NCBI GenBank assembly: GCA_030704615.1
Contig: CM060733.1
Span: forward strand, 23,684,001-23,748,000
Direction: 5' to 3'
Source: Takakia lepidozioides
Lineage: Eukaryota > Plantae > Bryophyta
DNA length: 64,000 bases
Program-made: the position numbers and the translations under genes
Shown: positions 62,401 to 64,000 of the stretch, one piece after another
Numbering within the stretch: the first letter of the stretch is position 1
Layout of the letters: each line of letters opens with the position of its first letter
Notes under the pieces: model-generated
Seen by the model: only the letters and a program-made list of their open reading frames with translations
What the model was told of the DNA's origin: nothing
Databases searched by the model: none

Positions 62401-64000
62401 CGGGCCCTAAGCCCATTGATCATATTTTCCAGTTTCACAAAGCAATTCGGAAGGACCTTGAGTACCTGGATGTGGAATCAGCCCGATTGGCTGACTGTGA
62501 TGAAGAGTTTTTGCGGCAGTTTAGGGGGCGGTTCCAGTTTCTTTGGGGGCTTTATCGTGCCCACAGCAATGCAGAGGATGATATCGTATTTCCTGCGCTG
62601 GAAGCCAAAGAGGCACTTCACAATGTGAGCCATTCGTACACTATTGATCACAAGCAAGAGGAGAAGCTGTTCCGCGACATAGCACAGGTACCAAATGTCC
62701 CCAGTTTATGGGTCTCATACATATTGTATTTCTTCATATTGCAGCTTCATTGTTTTATGTGGGGTTTCTCCTATGTCATCACTCCTGCACGGATCACCAT
62801 CTCTGTACATTCTCCTTGTGTTCTTTCTGTACCCTTAATTTGGAATGTTTTGGATTATGATATCAGACAGTGGGGGCACAGAGTTGTGGCACCAGATTCA
62901 AGAGTGTTTCTTGTTACCAAATCTCTCTGACAATTGTTACGACAGAGTTGGGGTAAGCAGTGTCTTGAATCTGGTCTACACTAGCAATCTCATACTCAGA
63001 TGCTATCTGTGAAGGAACTGGCGGAGCTTTCACACCTACACAGCCACATGCATTGCCAAGGCCCATCAGTCTCTGTATCATGCTTGCCACCATCAGAAGC
63101 AGAGGGAAGGCTCCTAATTGCATGTGATGGTCACGGTGAAGGGGAAGTAACTCAGCAGCGAGCTCTGGCTGCAAAGCTGCAGAGAATGTGCAAGTCTGTA
63201 AGAGTTAGCCTTGACCAGCATGTCTCCAGGGAGGAGCTTGAGTTATGGCCATTGTTCGATGTCCACTTCACCATCGAGGAACAGGACCAAATAGTGGGGC
63301 GTATCATTGGGACCACAGGGGCTGAAGTGCTGCAGGTAGGTCAGAAGCTTCGCTTTGTCCCATGGTTTCGGCAGTCCTGGATAATACTCAAATATGATGA
63401 GAAATTTACCACCTTGTATCTTAGAAAGATTTGAACTTTTCAAGCTGTAGAGTGGGCCTGGCAAGATGCAACGTGCATTTGTTCAATGTGGGTTGAAATC
63501 AAACTGCCATTGGTGCTAACATCCTTGTTGAGTGCAAGTGTAGATGCAAAGAGCATTAGCAACTTTTGAGACTTGAACATTCCTATTACTCGGCATGTCG
63601 CATACTGTCACGTGGAGCAACGTCTAGTTTGAGACACTCTCATGGGCATGGGCACTTGACTATGAACCTGAAATCTTGCTGGGTGCCTTGCCCATACTAG
63701 GATACCATGTGGAGTGGCAGTAGTTATGTGCTATGAATGTAGTGTATGCATTGCTTTGCAGATTTACTACTCCTGTTTAGCAATGGGTCAATATGGTTAC
63801 GGCAATAGCCAGTGGTCCTTTTCTGCAGGCTATGCTGCCATGGGTGACAACTGCCCTTTCTGAGGAAGAACAAAACACGATGATGGATACATGGCGACAG
63901 GCTACCCGCAACACCATGTTTGATAAGTGGCTGAGCGCTTGGTGGAAAGACACCCCAGGGTCCGCTCCCCATTCGCCCCCAACAGCTGATCCTGCAATTC
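56458..64000 (+). CDS. BTS: BRUTUS-like hemerythrin (HHE) domain protein, iron-sensing E3 ligase family, 3'-incomplete; exons 56458-56724, 57669-57890, 58357-58551, 59006-59448, 59956-60196, 60400-60568, 61861-62687, ~63000-63335, 63829->64000
   Basis: Three hemerythrin repeats: [79 protein letters not shown], plus [19 protein letters not shown]. The CHY/RING fingers are expected beyond the window. Confidence 0.93.

Noticed and set aside
29618-64000. Functional iron-regulation cluster of the bHLH and BRUTUS genes
   Set aside because: 25 kb apart with unrelated genes between, and the bHLH lacks features of the IVc subgroup that BTS targets.

Overview
Eukaryotic, intron-containing land-plant DNA; gene content and repeats suggest a bryophyte-like genome, which is an inference. 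The left 28 kb is a nest of decayed transposons: a strand-skewed unknown element, an L1-type LINE, two copies of a Ty3/Gypsy LTR retrotransposon and a Copia RNase H scrap, surrounding an intact intronless hevein (CBM18)+GH18 chitinase. The standout feature is that both Gypsy copies carry a C5-cytosine DNA methyltransferase domain with DNMT3-like motifs inside the polyprotein, downstream of the protease. In copy 2 it is complete and followed by reverse transcriptase (gag-PR-DNMT-RT). The two copies have different lesions, so the PR-DNMT frame can be rebuilt from their overlap. The right half holds host genes: a bHLH-ACT transcription factor, a frameshifted SPH-like secreted-protein pseudogene, a K/R/S-rich protein head-to-head with a TraB-family gene, and the 5' part of a BRUTUS-like hemerythrin gene. 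RTE-type LINE tails and MITE/foldback repeats are interspersed. Exon boundaries were read by eye.
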